Positions 60,006-64,000 of a stretch of DNA of 64,000 nucleotides are shown here, one piece after another. Source of the stretch: Oculina patagonica (lineage: Eukaryota); the NCBI RefSeq assembly GCF_052425735.1, contig NC_135761.1, forward strand, positions 19,406,001 through 19,470,000, written 5' to 3'. The first letter of the stretch is position 1. The number at the start of each line of letters is the position of its first letter. The translations under genes and the position numbers were made by a program. The notes beneath the pieces were generated by a model. That model did not search any database. It was not told the origin of the DNA and saw only the letters and a program-made list of their open reading frames with translations.

Positions 60006-62168
60006 ATGGGATTTTTTGACGGCAATCATACTGCGAATGCAATAACTGGTAGTGTTGGAAAAGAAGGACCAGCTGGGGTTGGGTTCAAATTGACCACTTC
60101 TGGAGATTACAGCATGGAAAAAAAGAAAATATTTGGGTTAAAAACTCAAGATGACATACCATTTGAATCTGATGATTATCCTAAGGATTTGGGTAGTGCT
60201 ATTAATAAGAGATATCTAAAACAAAATTGTTTAACAAAATCCAAAAATGGAATCGATTTTGATGCTAGACAAGGTAATATACACAATACAGAAAATTGGT
60301 ATCCTGGTCTATACGGACCTACTAGTCTTGTATCGAAGCAATATGTTGACATGAGAGATACAGATGTTAAAACTGAATTCGACACCAAACTCACTGATAA
60401 AGCCGATCTCAGTACCAATGATGAACAGACGTTTAAAAGCATAATAAACGTACCGAAATTCGATTCAGGATATAGTAATATGTCAAATGTGATGAATAAA
60501 GAATATATTGACTCCAGAGACGCGCTTAAAGCTGATAAAACATATGCCGACAATACTTTTCTAACGAAGAAAACAGGTGCTATTTTGGCTAATACCCTTC
60601 AGAGCAAGGCTTCCAAAATATATGTCGACAGTACTTTTTTAACGAAGGTTGTTGGTAATGGTTTAACTCAGAACATACAAAATAGGCTCAATATTCACGG
60701 TAGTAACATGATGCAAGCAAATCTCGATATGGGTGGGTATAATATAACCCATCTAAAAAACCCAACCAATGATACAGACGCTGTAAACAAAAAATACATG
60801 CTTGATTATGTTGGTGAAAGTCATGTTCAATCAGCTAATGGTGAAAATAAATTCAAATATATAATGGATGATCCCAATGCACAAGTGAGTGAAGAAGATG
60901 ATGTCGAATTGGGGAATGTTGTAACCTTTCAAAATTCACCACATAAGGTAAATAAAAAGGTTGTTGACATGAAATTATTGCTTGACAGTTCTAAAGGCTA
61001 TTACAGTTCAAGAATTGGACTAAATCTGTATTTATTGGCCAATGATCAATATACTGCTGTTCTTGAGATTATGTGGGTTAGTGATGATATTGACCCTGAC
61101 AGTTTGGAAATATATGGCACATCATCCATAGAAACTATTCATAACGTTAGCAGAAAAACGTTCAAAACACAAAAATATGTCAGATTGATATGCCAATTCA
61201 CAAAAAGTCAAAGCATCGGAAACAATTACTTGTATCTCGATTTAGTCATGAAAAATAAAACAGGAAGCTCTTATGACCCTAAACTACAGACATATTTCAC
61301 TGTTTATGGAATATCTGGTCATCAATCCAATGTCGAACCAAGTATTTATGATCAAATATATTATATAGCTAATGACCAAATTAATTTCAACACAGCGATC
61401 AATATGGATAATAAAGCTATTTATGGTATTGAAGAGGGAAATAGTGATAGCCAAGCCGTCAATTATAAACAACTGAATAGCTTCAATGATAATCTTAAGG
61501 CCTATCTTGAAACAAAAATATTATCACTCCAACCCAAAAGTTATTATAATGAAGTGTTTGAATACTTTTTTGATTTATTAGATGTATCGAATTTTACTAT
61601 GTCAGATAGCAACGGCAGTGTTGTTTCTGGCTTAGGTAGTAATCTCGTTTTTCAAACTACTAAATTGTTAACAGAATTTGAACCAAAAGGGGGCTTTATA
61701 GGTGTTTTCGTAATTAATTTAAATGAAAATATCACTGAATCAAATGACTACACTATATATATATCATTCAAAAATGACTATAAGCCCAGTGATAATAAAA
61801 GGATTAAAATTGAATTTATCAATGGTGATAGCTTTAGTTTTCCGTGGGTTAAAGTGGAGCATAATAAGCTATTCCTCGATTATGATCTAGATTCATATAC
61901 AGAGCAAATTAGAGATGGTTATATAGGTAAATTTTTAAACCTCTGGTATACTAAAATAGGGAATCAATTTAGAATCGCTGTTTGCAATAATGTTATGAGT
62001 ATTGATCAAACATTTTCTGGGTTTAATATCAATACATCTAGCATTAAAATTTCTTCAGATTACTTTGTACAAAGAATCGGTTTTAGTAACACAGCAATGG
62101 CAGTGAATAGTCGAGAGTATCACAAAGTCCAATTTTTAGATAAAACAATGGGTATATTCTTCGAATAA
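60006..62168 (+). CDS. Putative fibre/spike protein (720 aa)
   Basis: Short GKEGPAG, repeated (A/V)xKxY(V/I)D stalk motifs, two MxxxxI..L..P/G..DAVN-type neck motifs, beta-rich C-terminal head. Confidence 0.7.
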   Translation: MGFFDGNHTANAITGSVGKEGPAGVGFKLTTSGDYSMEKKKIFGLKTQDDIPFESDDYPKDLGSAINKRYLKQNCLTKSKNGIDFDARQGNIHNTENWYPGLYGPTSLVSKQYVDMRDTDVKTEFDTKLTDKADLSTNDEQTFKSIINVPKFDSGYSNMSNVMNKEYIDSRDALKADKTYADNTFLTKKTGAILANTLQSKASKIYVDSTFLTKVVGNGLTQNIQNRLNIHGSNMMQANLDMGGYNITHLKNPTNDTDAVNKKYMLDYVGESHVQSANGENKFKYIMDDPNAQVSEEDDVELGNVVTFQNSPHKVNKKVVDMKLLLDSSKGYYSSRIGLNLYLLANDQYTAVLEIMWVSDDIDPDSLEIYGTSSIETIHNVSRKTFKTQKYVRLICQFTKSQSIGNNYLYLDLVMKNKTGSSYDPKLQTYFTVYGISGHQSNVEPSIYDQIYYIANDQINFNTAINMDNKAIYGIEEGNSDSQAVNYKQLNSFNDNLKAYLETKILSLQPKSYYNEVFEYFFDLLDVSNFTMSDSNGSVVSGLGSNLVFQTTKLLTEFEPKGGFIGVFVINLNENITESNDYTIYISFKNDYKPSDNKRIKIEFINGDSFSFPWVKVEHNKLFLDYDLDSYTEQIRDGYIGKFLNLWYTKIGNQFRIAVCNNVMSIDQTFSGFNINTSSIKISSDYFVQRIGFSNTAMAVNSREYHKVQFLDKTMGIFFE

Positions 62169-62354
62169 ATTATCTAACTCCAACGATTTTATCTAATTAA
62201 ATTATATGAAAACAGTGAAATTGGTTAGCAATATTATTGATTCTATTGAGAGATTAATTCAAAACATAATGAAGCTGTATTACACAATAAAGAACAAGCG
62301 CAATGCTAAAATGACAAAATGATAAAACAAAAAAATCATATATAACTAATATAT

Positions 62355-62843
62355 ATGACTAAACATCGAAAATGCATATTTACATGGAACCATATATCAA
62401 GCGAACTTACTGAAGAACAAATTATAGAATTGAAAGCTTATTATCAAACATATCATCGAAAATGTTGGGCTTATAAGCAGGCTGTTAAACGTTTCAAAAA
62501 ATGGAAATTATTAGGGAATTCATTGTCTATTCTCTTTGCATCCGGCTCCCTTGTATCAAGTATTGCTACAGGAGGTGTTAGTTTGGTTGCAATTAGTACA
62601 ATAGCGCTTTTAATACAAGGCTGGATGCATCATCAAAATCTCGATTTAAAAATTCAAAATAGTACATATGCATATCAGAGCTACCAGCATTTACTCAACT
62701 CAATTAAAAACACGATGAGATGCGGTGATTACAATCCGTCTAGCGTCATAATTTCAATGAAGAACATTGACGATTATGTGACGGATAGCGGGCCTATAAT
62801 CGACAAGTACCTACGAAAATATGATAAGAAATTTATTGGATGA
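62355..62843 (+). CDS. Two-TM helical hairpin protein (SLATT-like)
   Basis: YHRKCWAYKQAVKRFKK followed by two hydrophobic segments and a helical tail YQSYQHLL. Confidence 0.7.
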   Translation: MTKHRKCIFTWNHISSELTEEQIIELKAYYQTYHRKCWAYKQAVKRFKKWKLLGNSLSILFASGSLVSSIATGGVSLVAISTIALLIQGWMHHQNLDLKIQNSTYAYQSYQHLLNSIKNTMRCGDYNPSSVIISMKNIDDYVTDSGPIIDKYLRKYDKKFIG

Positions 62844-63393
62844 TCCGATTTATTTCGCCAAATTTTAATTCTAAAATCTCATTCCAATACAATTGATAAT
62901 AGGCTAACGTTTTCTTGCTTTTGCTAATTTTGATAAATTCACAAGGTAGATTCATCATCAAAAAAAGCTGTTTAATTATGAATTTGGTTGATATAAGTCT
63001 TTTTCTACCTTTGTTTACAACAGGAATAGCGCCGGATTCGATAATATCAAACACTTTATAAATTCGATTCCTTTGATCACTAGTCAATTGTACCCTATTT
63101 TTAATACATAAATCGTTTAAAACATTCTCAACGTGATACTTCCGATGATATACCGATTTTCGGCGTATTTTATCCATATTTGCATAAAAATCAATGAACT
63201 CATTGTAATAAATAGAACCATGAACCAAACCGCAATTAATACAAACATTTACACCGTTTTGATTTGACATATCCTGCTTACTACAGCAAGGCTTAGCATC
63301 ATTGTTATCTTCTATCAATAGTTGATCGCATAAATGGCATATAGTTTCTTTTAAAATTTTTAATTCATCGTGGATTTCAGAATTACAAACCAT
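62833..63393 (-). CDS. VLTF3 (poxvirus A2)/TFIIB-like late transcription factor
   Basis: CC..VCINCGLV zinc ribbon, YHRKYHVENVL, RKRLIS..FIIKQL..L..KSKKTL..Y..W. Confidence 0.75.
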   Translation of the reverse strand: MVCNSEIHDELKILKETICHLCDQLLIEDNNDAKPCCSKQDMSNQNGVNVCINCGLVHGSIYYNEFIDFYANMDKIRRKSVYHRKYHVENVLNDLCIKNRVQLTSDQRNRIYKVFDIIESGAIPVVNKGRKRLISTKFIIKQLFLMMNLPCEFIKISKSKKTLAYYQLYWNEILELKFGEINRIIQ

Positions 63394-63436
63394 TATATAT
63401 ATAACACATATAACTTCACGGCACAGCTGTTTTGGC

Positions 63437-63615
63437 AGTAAATTTTAGAGTAAACTTTTTGAGTAAACTTTTTGAGTAAACTTTTTGAGTAAACTTTTTG
63501 AGTAAATTTTACTCAAAAAGTTTATATATAAAAAACTTTTTACTTGTTGAAATATGATTGGTCAATAGAAATCAAACCAGATTAAAAAACCTGCTGACGC
63601 GTCAGCAGGTTTTTT
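63437..63615. promoter_or_regulatory. Viral control region: 4 x 13-bp direct repeats, 17-bp-arm inverted repeat, TATA, CCAAT and a perfect 32-bp palindrome
   Basis: (GAGTAAACTTTTT)x4 at 63448-63499; IR 63490-63524; AAAAAACCTGCTGACG|CGTCAGCAGGTTTTTT at 63584-63615. Confidence 0.7.
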
Positions 63616-63683
63616 CGGTCAATGGTTTAGTCATTAATAATTTATAACTTATGGCTAAAACCGTAAACTGAATAATTATGTAT

Positions 63684-63935
63684 TTAATGTTGATCCTTAC
63701 GAGGCCTTCCACGTCGTCGTTTCTGGTCTTCAGGTTTACACTCTAAACGTGCATGATTTTTGTCTTCATTTGATATTTCAGATCTGCTATTTAGGTTCGA
63801 AGATAGCATTTTAATAATACAAATATTAGCTTCAAGGATGCTCTGAATACACCACATTTTATTAATGAAGACTATATCATTCGAGCTTTCATCAGCTTCT
63901 GGCAGGTGTTTGATATTTAATGTAATATCACTCAT
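63684..63935 (-). CDS. Small AT-hook protein
   Basis: C-terminal KRRRGRPRK; TATATATAGAATG start. Confidence 0.65.
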   Translation of the reverse strand: MSDITLNIKHLPEADESSNDIVFINKMWCIQSILEANICIIKMLSSNLNSRSEISNEDKNHARLECKPEDQKRRRGRPRKDQH

Positions 63936-64000
63936 TCTATATATATATATTAAAGAAAATAATTATCACTTAAACGCACTATAAAAAACTGAGGGAAATC

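Larger units (their letters stand above)
51222..64000. mobile_element. Endogenous Polinton/Maverick (adintovirus-like) virus, left portion
   Basis: Begins AGTAGT (Polinton terminus); abrupt switch to dense, intronless, more AT-rich ORFs including integrase, ATPase, capsids and protease. Confidence 0.95.

Noticed and set aside
52679-61472. Small antisense ORFs inside viral genes
   Set aside because: Opposite-strand shadows lacking the TATATA-ATG start motif
63448-63524. CRISPR-like array
   Set aside because: 13-bp head-to-tail repeats with no spacers; eukaryotic viral context
51222-64000. Polinton lacking a DNA polymerase
   Set aside because: The element is cut by the window edge, so absence cannot be claimed

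Overview
Eukaryotic, AT-rich, repeat-dense animal DNA. The SINE/MITE families and CTHRC1-like genes point to a stony coral or other anthozoan (inference). Host part (1-~51,200): a three-exon secreted beta-defensin/SCRiP-like peptide gene that the ORF track does not assemble (2100-3543, -); an intronless orphan ORF with an internal duplication; a coiled-coil gene head-to-head with a multi-exon dysbindin (DTNBP1) gene; an intronless gene resembling a bacterial/phage family; and two tandem CTHRC1-like short-collagen genes. Each CTHRC1-like gene is preceded by several duplicated promoter plus non-coding-exon cassettes. From 51,222 to the window end lies the left ~12.8 kb of an apparently intact endogenous Polinton/Maverick (adintovirus-like) DNA virus: integrase-chromodomain, PLA2, packaging ATPase, minor and major capsid, adenain-like protease, fibre-like protein, SLATT-like 2TM protein and VLTF3-like factor. 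pPolB and the right end are not in the window. Most notable in the element: a 74-bp fold-back terminus, a TATATA-ATG motif on almost every gene together with an encoded late transcription factor, two overlapping junctions that look like gag-pol-style frameshift fusions, recurrent GxG protease-site motifs, and an iteron/palindrome control region. All family assignments come from motif recognition by eye; no database search was run.
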